Shown: one piece after another, positions 9,253 to 19,270 of the stretch | How positions within the stretch are numbered: position 1 is the stretch's first letter | Layout: each line of letters starts with the position of its first letter | From: a virus | Strand: one strand, 5' to 3' | IMG/VR virus record: IMGVR_UViG_3300037264_006630 | Span: 32,001 to 96,000 of that record | Length of the DNA stretch: 64,000 nucleotides | Notes under the pieces: generated by a model | Database searches by the model: none | What the model was told of the DNA's origin: nothing | Seen by the model: only the letters and a program-made list of their open reading frames with translations | Made by a program: the position numbers and the translations under genes

Positions 9253-9806
9253 AGCTGCGCGCCGTCCACCAGCGCGGGATCAAGGGGAAGCCGGCCTGCG
9301 GCTACCACCGTTGGAGCTCGCAGACCTTCACGACCACCGACAACCCCGAGAAGGTAACCTGTCGGCGGAAGGGCTGCGTCACCCTCAAACCGCAGGAGTC
9401 GTTGGCCGAGGTCGACCGCGGCGGCTCCACCTTTGTGACCCTTCCGGCCGAGGTGGAGATCGAGACCTGGCCGTCGCTCGCCGGGAGCGGCGTCCGCGGC
9501 GGCTGGGTGTCGAAGGTGACCATCCGAACCAAGAACGTGGAGACCGGACACGACACGTACATCGGCTGCGAGTGGCCGCGCGCCACCAAACCCACCCCGG
9601 CCGAGCTCGCCGCGCAGGTGACCGCCGTGCTCGCGCACAAGGTCGCCGAGCAGCTCGGCCTCAACCCTCACGCCGTGAAGGCACCAGATGTTCAAGACGG
9701 ACGACCTACCGGGCAGGCTACGGCGGTTCCGCCGCCACGTCGCCGACCGCATGCACGACCGGTGGAACAGCCGAGAGAAGAGCCGCCGGCTGCACCTGGA
9801 GTTTGA
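9249..9806 (+). CDS. hypothetical protein (original stop probably near 9688)
   Basis: GTGA coupling; codon usage degrades after ~9685. Confidence 0.55.
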   Translation: MKLRAVHQRGIKGKPACGYHRWSSQTFTTTDNPEKVTCRRKGCVTLKPQESLAEVDRGGSTFVTLPAEVEIETWPSLAGSGVRGGWVSKVTIRTKNVETGHDTYIGCEWPRATKPTPAELAAQVTAVLAHKVAEQLGLNPHAVKAPDVQDGRPTGQATAVPPPRRRPHARPVEQPREEPPAAPGV

Positions 9807-10068
9807 GGCGGTCGAAGTCGCGATCCGCTGCCTCGACTCCCTGGCCCTGCCGCCCGTTCAGATCCTCCAGACGGCGGCCCGCGTCCTGCGGCGCAAGGCC
9901 GACTTCTTCCGCGACGAGTCCCGCTTCGAGGCCGTCGAGGCGACCGACGAGGAGCGTTCGATCGACTACGCGATCTGCGACATGTTCTACCTCGCCGAGG
10001 AGGTGATCCTCGAGAAGTTGAGCGAGATCGCCGCACCCCATCACACCGAGAAAGCACCGCCCCCATGA
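9688..10068 (+). CDS. hypothetical protein
   Basis: GC3-rich codons; ATGA overlap downstream. Confidence 0.6.
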   Translation: MFKTDDLPGRLRRFRRHVADRMHDRWNSREKSRRLHLEFEAVEVAIRCLDSLALPPVQILQTAARVLRRKADFFRDESRFEAVEATDEERSIDYAICDMFYLAEEVILEKLSEIAAPHHTEKAPPP

Positions 10069-10772
10069 GCACCGCCCAAGACCACGACGAGCCCGCGTTC
10101 CCGCCGCCCACGCCGCGTTGTCCGGACCCCGCGCCCCGCCACCTCGAGCTCGTCGGCTTCTGTCCGATGTGCTTCGCCAGCACCGACGACGCGTCGGGCG
10201 GCGGCGAGGTGATGACCGACGGCTGCACCAACTGCGGCGCGATGGGTGAGATCCCCATGCTGCGACGCGGCGATGTCGAGTGCATCCGCCGGTCGGCGTC
10301 CTGGGTTGGCCGGCGCCACTACCCGCAGGACGAGGACAAGGAGATCTTGGCCGAACGGCGCGCGCTCCTGTCGATGGTCACCGGGTTCCCGGGGCGGACC
10401 GCCGAGCCCGCAACGAACGGCGCGGACAAGCGCTGGCTGGTGCGGCAACAGATCAGCCCGACCAAGGCGATCTCGATCACGGTATCCGGCGTCACCACGG
10501 CGGCCAACGCGATCGCGGCCACGCGCTACTCGGTGCTGCCCTACGTCCCGGCGGCGATGCTCGAGCCCGACAACCCCACGGCGCCGGAGTTGATGAGCAC
10601 GGACGACCTGATGGGCGAAGTCGCCCGGCTCGTGGCGGCCAACGTCGCGGGCAAGGCCATCGACCAGGAGCGCTTCAAGGCCGTCATGGACGAGTCGGCG
10701 CGTCGCGGGATCAAGTGGGCCGTGGTGAAGGCGGGCGACAAGGCGCCGCCGCCGTCCGGTCCCGCGAACTGA
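10065..10772 (+). CDS. hypothetical protein with Zn-ribbon (CPMC...CTNC)
   Basis: ORF track, coupling. Confidence 0.6.
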   Translation: MSTAQDHDEPAFPPPTPRCPDPAPRHLELVGFCPMCFASTDDASGGGEVMTDGCTNCGAMGEIPMLRRGDVECIRRSASWVGRRHYPQDEDKEILAERRALLSMVTGFPGRTAEPATNGADKRWLVRQQISPTKAISITVSGVTTAANAIAATRYSVLPYVPAAMLEPDNPTAPELMSTDDLMGEVARLVAANVAGKAIDQERFKAVMDESARRGIKWAVVKAGDKAPPPSGPAN

Positions 10773-10776
10773 CCCC

Positions 10777-10816
10777 TTGACGCTGTAGCAGCTTCGTGCG
10801 CATATGCGAGCGCATG
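10777..10816 (+). promoter_or_regulatory. class A leaderless promoter
   Basis: TTGACG-18-CATATG-7nt-ATGAA, with TTCGTGCG. Confidence 0.65.
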
Positions 10817-11668
10817 AACGCCGCGCGGTCCTGGGAGCCGTTGACCATCGTCAGCGGCGTCGAGCAGAAGGTGGACGCCACACCGCTGCGCTGGGACGCG
10901 CCCAAGCAGGTGACCGTCATCAGCGATCCGCCGGCGGGCTGCCACTGGAGCGACCTCGGGCTGGCTGCGATGTGGGGCGTGATGGCGCTCTGCCGCGACC
11001 ACACCTTCCAGATCGTCACCCGCGACATGACCCGGGCGTTGGCCTGGTGGCGCGACTACATGCAGTCGAGCCCGCGTGAGCGCCTGCTCCACGCCCTACA
11101 GCACGGCACGGAGCCCGTGGACACCGGCGAGCACCTGTTCCATTGGACCGACGACCGCTGGCCCCTGCCCAACGTCTGGGTGACCGTCGAGGTGTCGACC
11201 CAGGCGGATGTCACCGCGCAGTGCCACATGCTCGCCGCCTTCCCGGCGTCCGTCCGCGGCCTGCGCCTGACGGCGATGGAGAGCCAACTCGACATCGAGA
11301 ACCTGCTCTACGTGCCGGTCCGCTGCGACGACTGCGGCCACACCGAGGCGTTTTACGACACCAACCCGGACGGACTCCCGGCCATCAAGAACCGCGACGG
11401 CACCGACCTGACCTGCCTCATGGGCGTCCCGGTGACCGGCGAGCCCGGTGACACCCGCTGTCGCCGGTGCAAGAGCCGCTTGGTCGCCGAGTTGGCGCCG
11501 ATAGACTGGATCATCGCCAACTACGACGGCGCCAACCACGAGTGGCTGCGTCACCTCCGTGACCAAGCGGCAGAGGCGCGGGTTCCGTTCCGGTTGACCA
11601 GCTCGCAGGTGTCGACCCCGCGACTGGACGGCGAGCTCCACGACGGTCGCCCTGGAGATCACGCGTGA
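10814..11668 (+). CDS. degenerate DUF5131 (phage Gp37/Gp68) family protein
   Basis: HTFQIVTR, WPLPNVWV, IDWII, WLRHLRDQA..ARVPF; lacks the N-terminal CxxCYA and the EPLL/GGESG motifs. Confidence 0.7.
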   Translation: MNAARSWEPLTIVSGVEQKVDATPLRWDAPKQVTVISDPPAGCHWSDLGLAAMWGVMALCRDHTFQIVTRDMTRALAWWRDYMQSSPRERLLHALQHGTEPVDTGEHLFHWTDDRWPLPNVWVTVEVSTQADVTAQCHMLAAFPASVRGLRLTAMESQLDIENLLYVPVRCDDCGHTEAFYDTNPDGLPAIKNRDGTDLTCLMGVPVTGEPGDTRCRRCKSRLVAELAPIDWIIANYDGANHEWLRHLRDQAAEARVPFRLTSSQVSTPRLDGELHDGRPGDHA

Positions 11669-11825
11669 TCCGCCGCAACCTGCACCACGTCTGCACCGCC
11701 TGCGCAGTCGCCCTCCTGCCAGCGACGGCCGCCAAGGTCGCCTGGCTGGCCGCCGCCCTGGTCCTGGTCGGCGTCACCGTGGGCGTCCTGGGCGTGGTGC
11801 TCAACCCGCAGTCATCGCCGCATCG

Positions 11826-12206
11826 ATGACCCCGTCCGTGGGCGCGGTCCATGCGGTGCTGGCGCCGCTGGCCAAGATGACGATCTGTGGCGAGAAACCT
11901 CCGCGTGGTCTTGTCGTCGACCGGGACGACAAGGTGGCGCGGTTCCTGACGAGCATCGCGCGATGCGAGCGATGCCGATCCGGGCTGCACGCGCACCGCG
12001 CTCGCGTCAAGGCTGCGCATGAGAGCAACGAACGCAAGCTGGCCGCGGCGAGAGCGGCTCAACAGGCCGCCGCCGCACCGCCGATCTCTACTGGCCGCGA
12101 CGCCAGACGCGCCGAACAGGCGAAGGCCGCGCGGGAACGATCGGCTGCTCTGTACGCCGCGCGGACGCGGGCGCTCGTGTACCAGCCTCCGAAGAGAAGT
12201 CCATGA
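11826..12206 (+). CDS. hypothetical protein
   Basis: ATGA coupling on both sides. Confidence 0.55.
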   Translation: MTPSVGAVHAVLAPLAKMTICGEKPPRGLVVDRDDKVARFLTSIARCERCRSGLHAHRARVKAAHESNERKLAAARAAQQAAAAPPISTGRDARRAEQAKAARERSAALYAARTRALVYQPPKRSP

Positions 12207-12796
12207 CCCCTCCATCCCACATCATCGAGGCCGCCGTCCGCGCGGCGCGTCAGTCTCCCTGCGCCAAGAGCCAGCGGGGCGTGGTCGTCTACTCCCGGTC
12301 GAGCGGCATCGACATCGCCTCGGGATTCAACGGGCCGCCGGGCCGCGGCGTCTGCGCCAGGGACGACGCCTGCCGGGAAGCCTGCGGCAAGATCTGCGTT
12401 CACGCCGAGATGAGGGCGCTCCGCGCGGCGCGCGACATCCTCAAGCGGCCCGAGTTCAACGTCCTCTACATGGCCGAGTGCGATGCTGTCCACGTCAAGA
12501 TCGGCGGCGGGCCGGTGCGTGGCCTGGTCGACGGCGGCGGGCCCTCGTGCTGGCAGTGCTCGCGCGAGGTGGTAGACGTGGGGCTGGGCGGCTTCTGGCT
12601 GTACGAGACGGCACGCTGCGTCTGTCCGGCTGCCTGCGGCTCGCATCGTCACCCGGGCGAGGACGGCTGCACCTGTTCGATGCACGGCACCGGCGAGGGC
12701 GGCGCGCTCGCGCTGGGCCGGTGGCGCCGATACAACGGGATCGAGTTCCACGCCGCTACCCTCTTGGCCTGCGGCTTGCCGCCGCTGGTGGGCTGA
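12203..12796 (+). CDS. cytidine/deoxycytidylate deaminase family protein
   Basis: SPCAKSQRGVV, SGFNG, HAEMRAL, PSCWQCSREV. Confidence 0.85.
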   Translation: MTPPSHIIEAAVRAARQSPCAKSQRGVVVYSRSSGIDIASGFNGPPGRGVCARDDACREACGKICVHAEMRALRAARDILKRPEFNVLYMAECDAVHVKIGGGPVRGLVDGGGPSCWQCSREVVDVGLGGFWLYETARCVCPAACGSHRHPGEDGCTCSMHGTGEGGALALGRWRRYNGIEFHAATLLACGLPPLVG

Positions 12797-12996
12797 TGGA
12801 GTTCGAGGCCACGCTGGCAACGCCCGTGCCCCGCCCGACCTGCGCCCGCTGCAAGCGCCCGGTCGATCGGTTCGCTGTCACGGTGGAATCGGCGTCGGTT
12901 AAGTTTGAGGCCGAGTGCCACGGCGCCTACGAGATGAACCGCATCTTCGAGCGCGATCAGGTCACCGGGATCCGGATGACCGAGGCGTTTCGATGA
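12796..12996 (+). CDS. small Zn-ribbon protein
   Basis: CARCKRPV...ECHG; TGATG coupling. Confidence 0.55.
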   Translation: MEFEATLATPVPRPTCARCKRPVDRFAVTVESASVKFEAECHGAYEMNRIFERDQVTGIRMTEAFR

Positions 12997-13209
12997 TCAG
13001 GAGACCTGCATGCTGACCACCGCCATCCTCGCCCTCGTCATCCTCTCCGCCGTCATGACCGGCCCGCCCGAGCCGGTGAAGGTCTACCGCAAGGAGGGCG
13101 ACTCGATCCCCACCGAGCTCAAGACCCCGGTGGTCCGCACCGTCTGCTGGGGCGCGTGCATCCTCGTCCCGTCCTTCGTGATCCTCGTGCTCGAGAAGGG
13201 CTGGCCGCA

Positions 13210-14022
13210 GTGAGCGAGGTCGACGACCTGTCGGCCGAGATCGCTGCGCTCGCCTCGACGCGTGCTCGCTATGTCGGCATCATCACCGAAACCCAGGCTG
13301 AGTTGACCGCGCTCGAGGCGATGGACCTCGACGATGCCGACTACTACGCGAAACGGACCGAGTACGCCCGGACCATCGCCGGGCACCAAGCCGAGGTCGC
13401 CCGCATCAACGCGCAGCTCAAGGCGGCGAACATCGCGCGCGCCGACCGCCAGGTCGCCGACGCCGAGACGAAGCGGATCGAGCGGGCCGCACGCGCGGCC
13501 GAGAACGCGATCCCGAAGCGGCGGAAGCCGCATCTCGCGGTGCTGCCTCCGGTTCAGATCACGCAGGCGCCGCTGACCGTGCCGCTCGGCGAGCTGGCCG
13601 GCATCGCCAGGACGAAGCGCAAGGGGCCCTCCGATCTGGGTGCGGTGATCCTCCGCTTCGCTTACGGGCTGCGTCACGTCACCGGCATCCCGAGCAAGCC
13701 CGGCTCCTACTTGACAGCCTTCCTGGCCGAGCTCGACGCCTTCATCGCGAAGCACAAGGCCCACCTCCAGACACGCAACGAGCCGCCGGGGCCGGCACCA
13801 GCGATCGATGCGGGCTCGGTCATTCTGGAGGTCGATGCAGACGTGGTCATCCTGGAGAACGGAGTCCGGGTCGACGCCGAGGAGATGCGGCGCGCGTTCC
13901 AGGAGCGGACCGGCCTCTCCGTGGTGGATTGGCTGGTCGAGTGGCGAGCTGGCCGCCTCGCCACCAACGGCTCGACGATCACACTGTCGTACGAGGCGGC
14001 GCTCCTGGAGAAGCGGCCGTGA
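13210..14022 (+). CDS. coiled-coil hypothetical protein
   Basis: heptad-rich N-terminus; GTGA coupling. Confidence 0.6.
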   Translation: MSEVDDLSAEIAALASTRARYVGIITETQAELTALEAMDLDDADYYAKRTEYARTIAGHQAEVARINAQLKAANIARADRQVADAETKRIERAARAAENAIPKRRKPHLAVLPPVQITQAPLTVPLGELAGIARTKRKGPSDLGAVILRFAYGLRHVTGIPSKPGSYLTAFLAELDAFIAKHKAHLQTRNEPPGPAPAIDAGSVILEVDADVVILENGVRVDAEEMRRAFQERTGLSVVDWLVEWRAGRLATNGSTITLSYEAALLEKRP

Positions 14023-14492
14023 GCGACCACGGCTGCAAGAGCGAGTGGCCGCGCGGCTGCGCGCCGCACGGGGCGCACTTCGCGGACCGGCACCAGACCG
14101 TGATCTCCGACGAGGAGATGCGACTCGGGCGCCAGAGCATCTACCGGGAACCTAAGGACAACTGGCCCTCGTTCGTCATGTGGATGCACCACCACGCCGA
14201 CGGGACCTGGAGCCTCGCTAGGTGCGACGTCGATGGAGGCGAAGAGGACGATGGCTGGATGGTCAGTGGACGCATCGAATCGAACCATGAGCACAATCCG
14301 ACCACCGGGGACTACGACGAGTTTCACCGCCTGACCGTGCTGTACAGGGCCGATGTGGTTCCTGACCCAGACGACGATCTGCTAGCCAGCAAGCTGGTTG
14401 CCCGCGAACAACTCTGGCCCTACATCCCGCCTGAGGTCGACGTGGAAGCGATGCTCGCGGTTCTGCAAGGTCTGGTCACCAAGGAGTCCTGA
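14019..14492 (+). CDS. hypothetical protein
   Basis: GTGA coupling; ORF track. Confidence 0.55.
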   Translation: MSDHGCKSEWPRGCAPHGAHFADRHQTVISDEEMRLGRQSIYREPKDNWPSFVMWMHHHADGTWSLARCDVDGGEEDDGWMVSGRIESNHEHNPTTGDYDEFHRLTVLYRADVVPDPDDDLLASKLVAREQLWPYIPPEVDVEAMLAVLQGLVTKES

Positions 14493-14800
14493 TGCAGCCG
14501 CTCGATCTCACCGACAACCAGAAGGCCGCGCTCATGGCGCTGGTCGAACACCGGGCGCTGGTGCGCAGCTCAGGTGGGCGCTGGGCGCCGCCGGGCATCA
14601 CGTCGCCGTCCTTCGGGACCAAGGTCATCTCCGCGCTCATGGAGATGGGTCTCGTAGTGAAGCAGCGCGGTCTCCGCGAGGAGCAGAGCTACCCGGAGGG
14701 CCAGCGCTTCACGCCGGTCTGCCTGGCCGATCACCTCAACCACACCACCCCGGCCGAGCGAGCGCTGGCGGTGGAGAAGCACATCAAGGGAGTTCCGTGA
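14492..14800 (+). CDS. hypothetical protein, possible winged helix
   Basis: LTDNQKAALMAL...KVISALMEMGLV. Confidence 0.55.
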   Translation: MQPLDLTDNQKAALMALVEHRALVRSSGGRWAPPGITSPSFGTKVISALMEMGLVVKQRGLREEQSYPEGQRFTPVCLADHLNHTTPAERALAVEKHIKGVP

Positions 14801-15471
14801 CCAAGCCGCACTCATCGCCCGGCGAAGCCGCCGACCCGCCCGCCGTAGTCGCGTGGGCTCGATGGGCCGAGGGCAACCTTGACCATCGCGAGGGCGCCTA
14901 CGACGACGTGCCGGGCGTGGGGCCTGAGCCGCCCGACGTGCGGGCGCTGATCGAGGCGTACGGGCGCGAGTGCCACCGGCTCGGCGAGATGCACCCGCAG
15001 ACCCGCGAGCGCGGCGAGAAGCGCGTGACCGCCGCGAAGGACGCGCTACTCCGCGCCCTCGAGATCGACGGGGCGGCCCCAGCGTCCGTCGGCCGCGACG
15101 GCGAGGGCAACCCGCTGCACATCCAGTTCGTCCACGAGACGCGCAACGTGATGGTCCCGGCGCGGCACCACGTCGATCGACTGCTCGAGGGCAACGTGAC
15201 CCCTGCGCAGCGCGACCGCCTGCTGGCGATCCGCCGGGCGGTTGTCCGCATGCTCGCGGCGGCGGAAGACGTGGCCAGCGGCGCCAGCGCCATCACCGAT
15301 CGGTCAGCGACCGACGCCCATGTCGAGCCGCTGTGTACCGGCCTCACCGCGCGCTGGTGTCCGCGCTGCGGGACCTGCGCCTGCCAGCCGGACCCGGCCG
15401 AGATGAGCAGTCCGCTGTGCCCGCTGCACGCGGCGACCAGCCAGCATGCCGAGGCTGGGGTGGCGCCATGA
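14797..15471 (+). CDS. hypothetical protein
   Basis: coupling; ORF track. Confidence 0.55.
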   Translation: MTKPHSSPGEAADPPAVVAWARWAEGNLDHREGAYDDVPGVGPEPPDVRALIEAYGRECHRLGEMHPQTRERGEKRVTAAKDALLRALEIDGAAPASVGRDGEGNPLHIQFVHETRNVMVPARHHVDRLLEGNVTPAQRDRLLAIRRAVVRMLAAAEDVASGASAITDRSATDAHVEPLCTGLTARWCPRCGTCACQPDPAEMSSPLCPLHAATSQHAEAGVAP

Positions 15472-15962
15472 CTTCCCGGCTGATCCACACGGGAGATCTG
15501 ACCTACACGGGCGAGATCGGGTCCATGACCGAGACGCGCTGGATCGGTGCAAGCGACCCCGTTCCGCCCGAGATCGACTTCGACGATCTGATGGGGTTCG
15601 GCCCCGACGCCAAGGCGATGATCGCCAAGCGGCCCGGCTGGTACACGTCGACCGGCCACGACTACCGCCTGTGGGGCCCGCCCACCGCGCGCCGGTTGCG
15701 CACCCTATCGCGCAAGACGATCAAGCGGAAGATGCGGCGTGCCCACCGTCAGGGCCGGCACATCCACGCCTGCGACCTGGCGCACGAGGACACCAGCCGT
15801 CCGCGTGCGGACGCCGCGGCGGATCGCCGCCGAGGGCAAGCGCTGGCTCGCCAGGACCGCCGCCGCAAGCGGCGCATCCGTGCGTGGGTCCGCCGGGTCG
15901 GCCCGATCTCCGCGGTGCGGATGGAGTGGTGCCCGGACGACATCAAGCACATGTCCACCTGA
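15468..15962 (+). CDS. Arg-rich hypothetical protein
   Basis: ATGA coupling. Confidence 0.55.
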   Translation: MTSRLIHTGDLTYTGEIGSMTETRWIGASDPVPPEIDFDDLMGFGPDAKAMIAKRPGWYTSTGHDYRLWGPPTARRLRTLSRKTIKRKMRRAHRQGRHIHACDLAHEDTSRPRADAAADRRRGQALARQDRRRKRRIRAWVRRVGPISAVRMEWCPDDIKHMST

Positions 15963-16267
15963 TGGAAGACGAGCTCCTGCCCATCGACAGCGAGGGCGAG
16001 GCCACCAGCGTCTCGGCGCTGGGAGGCGAGGTCGTTGTCACCGCTACCGACGGCGAGGAGTCTGCGATGGTCATCGGCGCCCTGATCGATGGCGGCCGAG
16101 CGCTCATCGGCCTCTTCGCCGAGCGCTACTTCCGCTTCCGCAGCAACGGCAAGATGATGGCTTGGCGCTGCGCGAAGTGCGGCGAGTTCGGCCGGGTAGC
16201 CGCCCGCAACGGCCTGGGCGTTGTCCAGGAACATCGGCACCTGCCACCGACTCGGGAGGCTCTCTGA
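15962..16267 (+). CDS. hypothetical protein
   Basis: TGATG coupling. Confidence 0.5.
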   Translation: MEDELLPIDSEGEATSVSALGGEVVVTATDGEESAMVIGALIDGGRALIGLFAERYFRFRSNGKMMAWRCAKCGEFGRVAARNGLGVVQEHRHLPPTREAL

Positions 16268-16560
16268 TGCGAGACTTCATGCTGGACGGCCGGATTCACT
16301 GGCAGCTCGGGGGCAGGTCGCCATGCGGCGCCCAGCCAGCCCCCACACGCGAAACCAGCGGGCTTCATGCGATGCTTCATGCGCTCGGCCACCGGACGGC
16401 CAGTCCCGTCCCGGCCGATGCGAAAGCCGACGATCCGGTACAAGCGCCGTGCGAGGTGTGCGCCGAGAAGCGCACGGCGTACTTGGCGCTCCTGCGGAAC
16501 GGCGGCTCGATGCAGGGCTGGGACATCCGGCCCAACCTTCCTCGCGGTGAGGTGACCTGA
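16267..16560 (+). CDS. hypothetical protein
   Basis: TGATG coupling. Confidence 0.5.
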   Translation: MRDFMLDGRIHWQLGGRSPCGAQPAPTRETSGLHAMLHALGHRTASPVPADAKADDPVQAPCEVCAEKRTAYLALLRNGGSMQGWDIRPNLPRGEVT

Positions 16561-17009
16561 TGCGCATGCTCACCCTGCACCGGCCCTGGGCCTGGTGCGT
16601 CGTCTACGGCGGCAAGCTGGTGGAGAACCGCCCGATGAAGCCGCCGCCTGCCGTGCTCGGGAAGTGGATGGCGATCCACGCCGGCAAGACCTGGAGCGAC
16701 GCCGACGCCGAGCGCATCACCGCCGCCGGGATCGTCATGCCGCCGGAAGAAGACCAACCGGCGGGCGCCATCATCGGCGTCTGCCGCGTCATCGGCTACG
16801 CCACCCACGTCGATGAAGTGGTCCGCCGGCTGGGCGAGGAGCAGCGCCGGTGGTTCTTCGGCCCCTACGGCTGGCTCCTGGCCGACATGCATCCTCTGCC
16901 CAGGCCGGTCTTCGAGCGTGGCTTCCAGGGCGTCCCGCACATCCCGGAGTGGACGTTGTCCGCGGTCCGCGCTCAGGTGGAGCTCCCAGCGATTGCATGG
17001 GTTGCTTGA
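16560..17009 (+). CDS. ASCH-domain protein
   Basis: LTLHRPWAW, GKLVENR, AIHAGK, GAIIGV, FFGPYGWLL, GFQG. Confidence 0.85.
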   Translation: MRMLTLHRPWAWCVVYGGKLVENRPMKPPPAVLGKWMAIHAGKTWSDADAERITAAGIVMPPEEDQPAGAIIGVCRVIGYATHVDEVVRRLGEEQRRWFFGPYGWLLADMHPLPRPVFERGFQGVPHIPEWTLSAVRAQVELPAIAWVA

Positions 17010-17044
17010 CACCCTGACGTTTCGCGCGTAACAGTGAGCGCATG
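17006..17044 (+). promoter_or_regulatory. class A leaderless promoter
   Basis: TTGACA-17-TAACAG-7nt-ATGAA, with TTCGCGCG. Confidence 0.7.
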
Positions 17045-17287
17045 AAACACTGCGAAGCGACCGTGACCGTCACGGTCCCCGTTGAGGTGGTTGTCCGCCT
17101 CCGTGGGAGGGACGGCGCCGACTTGACGCCCGATGCCTGGGAGGTCTGCGACATCGTGCAGTTGTCGAGTCCGGATCCAGATCTCGTGGACCGGGCGATG
17201 CACGAGACCTACCGCGAGCTCGTCTCCGCGCAGGTCAGGACGTACTTGGCCAAGGGCGCCAAGGCCGGCGCCAGGAAGCGGAGGTAG
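17042..17287 (+). CDS. hypothetical protein
   Basis: ATG at class A promoter. Confidence 0.6.
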   Translation: MKHCEATVTVTVPVEVVVRLRGRDGADLTPDAWEVCDIVQLSSPDPDLVDRAMHETYRELVSAQVRTYLAKGAKAGARKRR

Positions 17288-17290
17288 CCC

Positions 17291-17641
17291 ATGGACCGGT
17301 TCGCGATCTACCTGATGAAGCAGAACGGCAGTCGCATGCGCGTCGTCGCGCGCGCGGTCGATGCCGTCGGCTACGCCTACGACCTGGAGCTCGACCTCGG
17401 CGGCGGGACCTGGGTTCCGTACGGCGAGCGGACCACCGAGCCGTTCGTTGGGGTCGACGCGCGCTTCCGCGCCATCACGTCCCTGGTCACCAGCGCGCTC
17501 GCGCTCGGCGTTCCGCCCCGCATGTGCGCCATGGAGGGCCTCGACGAGATGCCGGTCTGGGTCGTCCACGAGACGTCCACGCCGGCCCTGGTGCTGGCCA
17601 AGCTCCACGAGCGAGTGCAGCGGGCCGAGGCAGCGGCGTGA
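17291..17641 (+). CDS. hypothetical protein
   Basis: GAGG SD; ORF track. Confidence 0.6.
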   Translation: MDRFAIYLMKQNGSRMRVVARAVDAVGYAYDLELDLGGGTWVPYGERTTEPFVGVDARFRAITSLVTSALALGVPPRMCAMEGLDEMPVWVVHETSTPALVLAKLHERVQRAEAAA

Positions 17642-18000
17642 TCACCATCGCGGGCGACCGCGACACCCACGCCCATCATCCGCACCCGCCCACCCCCGGC
17701 ACTCTGCGGTTCATCGGCGCCGCCGCGTACCGCGCCGCGCAGGCGGTGTGCTCGCGACCGAACCTGGCCGTCACTGCCACCCCGGTCGGCGTCTTCTCGG
17801 TCGAGGTCACGGTGCGCTACGACAACCCGGTCTTCGGCCGGTTCGGTTTCGTCCGGCTGTCGGTCCGCCGGGCCCGCCGAGCTGCGGCTCGGCTGCGCGA
17901 GATCGTGCTCAAGGCCGTCGCCGCCGCCACCAAGAACCTCGGGCTGCCCGGGGTGCGCGTTCACGTCGAGGTCAGCACCCGTCAGGGAGGAGCCTCGTAG
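17638..18000 (+). CDS. hypothetical protein
   Basis: GTGA coupling. Confidence 0.5.
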   Translation: MITIAGDRDTHAHHPHPPTPGTLRFIGAAAYRAAQAVCSRPNLAVTATPVGVFSVEVTVRYDNPVFGRFGFVRLSVRRARRAAARLREIVLKAVAAATKNLGLPGVRVHVEVSTRQGGAS

Positions 18001-19137
18001 ATGCTCGCCATAATCCACAAGCGCCAGCGCTACCGCGTCTACCCGACGGCCGAGCAGGCTGTGCGGCTCGACGCGTGGACACACGCGCTGCGGTTCCTGT
18101 GGAACCTGGCGCACGAGCAGCGGTTGGAGTGGATGCGGAAGCCGCGCTGCGAGCGGCGGTATCCGACCAACTACGATCAGAGTAACCAAGTCACGCCGCT
18201 GCGAGCGGAGCTGCCTTGGTTGGCCGATGTGCCATCGCAACTCTGCTCGACTATTTTGGCTAGGTTGCATGTGGCCTGGCGGCAGTGTTTCGGCAAGATC
18301 TCAAGGGCGCCGCGTTGGAAGAAGCGTGGCGATGCGCTCTCCATGGGCACGTCATCTAGATGGCACCTCGTCGGCACCACGCTCCATTTCCCGAAGCTCG
18401 GCCCGATCCGAGCCGTGGTTCACCGGCCGCTCGAGGGCGTGGCGAAGTCCTGCACGCTCCTCCGGGATGGGGACCAGTGGTTCGCATCGATCGTCTGCGA
18501 GGTAACGATCCCGGCGCCAACGCCGCGAACCTCACCGGTGGTAGCGATCGACCGCGGGATCACCGTTCTCGCGGCGACGTCGGACGGGGAGCTCATCGCG
18601 AACCCACGGTTCGGGGAGCGGTCGGCGAGGCGGCTGGCACGAGCACAGCGGCGGGTCGCGCGGCGGAAGAAAGGCTCGGCGAACCGGGCCAAGGCGGCGC
18701 TCGCGGCAGAGAAGATCCACCGGAAAATCCGGCGCCAGCGGGCGCACCACCACCACGTTCTATCGACGAGGATCGCCAAGAGCCACGGCGTCGTCATCGT
18801 CGAGAAGTTGAACGTGGCGGGGTTGAAGCAGGGTTCGTTGGGTCGCGTGATCTCGGACGCCGGCTGGTCGCAACTTGCTTCGATGCTGCGGTACAAACTG
18901 GCGTGGACAGGTGGGATTCTCGTCGAGGTGCCAGCGGCATACTCGTCGCAGACCTGCTTCGCCTGCGGCGCCATCGACCGGGCCTCTCGCAAGGGGATCG
19001 TGTTCCGCTGCACGTCGTGTGGTCACGTTGACCACGCCGACCTGAACGCAGCGAAGGTATTGAAAAGCCGTGCGAATCGCTCGGCTCTGCCTGGGGAGGG
19101 TGCTGCTTGTGGGCGCCCCGTGAACCAGGAAATTTGA
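18001..19137 (+). CDS. tnpB: TnpB RNA-guided endonuclease (IS200/IS605/IS607 OrfB)
   Basis: RYRVYPTAEQ HTH; RuvC D (AIDRG), E (IVEKL) and D (HADLNAA); CFACG/CTSCG Zn finger. Confidence 0.92.
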   Translation: MLAIIHKRQRYRVYPTAEQAVRLDAWTHALRFLWNLAHEQRLEWMRKPRCERRYPTNYDQSNQVTPLRAELPWLADVPSQLCSTILARLHVAWRQCFGKISRAPRWKKRGDALSMGTSSRWHLVGTTLHFPKLGPIRAVVHRPLEGVAKSCTLLRDGDQWFASIVCEVTIPAPTPRTSPVVAIDRGITVLAATSDGELIANPRFGERSARRLARAQRRVARRKKGSANRAKAALAAEKIHRKIRRQRAHHHHVLSTRIAKSHGVVIVEKLNVAGLKQGSLGRVISDAGWSQLASMLRYKLAWTGGILVEVPAAYSSQTCFACGAIDRASRKGIVFRCTSCGHVDHADLNAAKVLKSRANRSALPGEGAACGRPVNQEI

Positions 19138-19270
19138 TTACCAATGGCCACGCAACGTTAATTTTCCGTGAAGCGCGGGCTGTGGTAGCCGAGCCGAGGC
19201 ATGCCTTCGGGCAATGTGCGGTGAACCCTCGAGAGAGGGGACGGGAGATCCCGGCACGAGGCGCGTTGTG
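19060..19270 (+). ncRNA. putative TnpB omega/reRNA scaffold (boundaries uncertain)
   Basis: overlaps the tnpB 3' end, includes GTGAACCAGGAA and a hairpin near 19199-19219; this is the usual position for the family. Confidence 0.45.
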
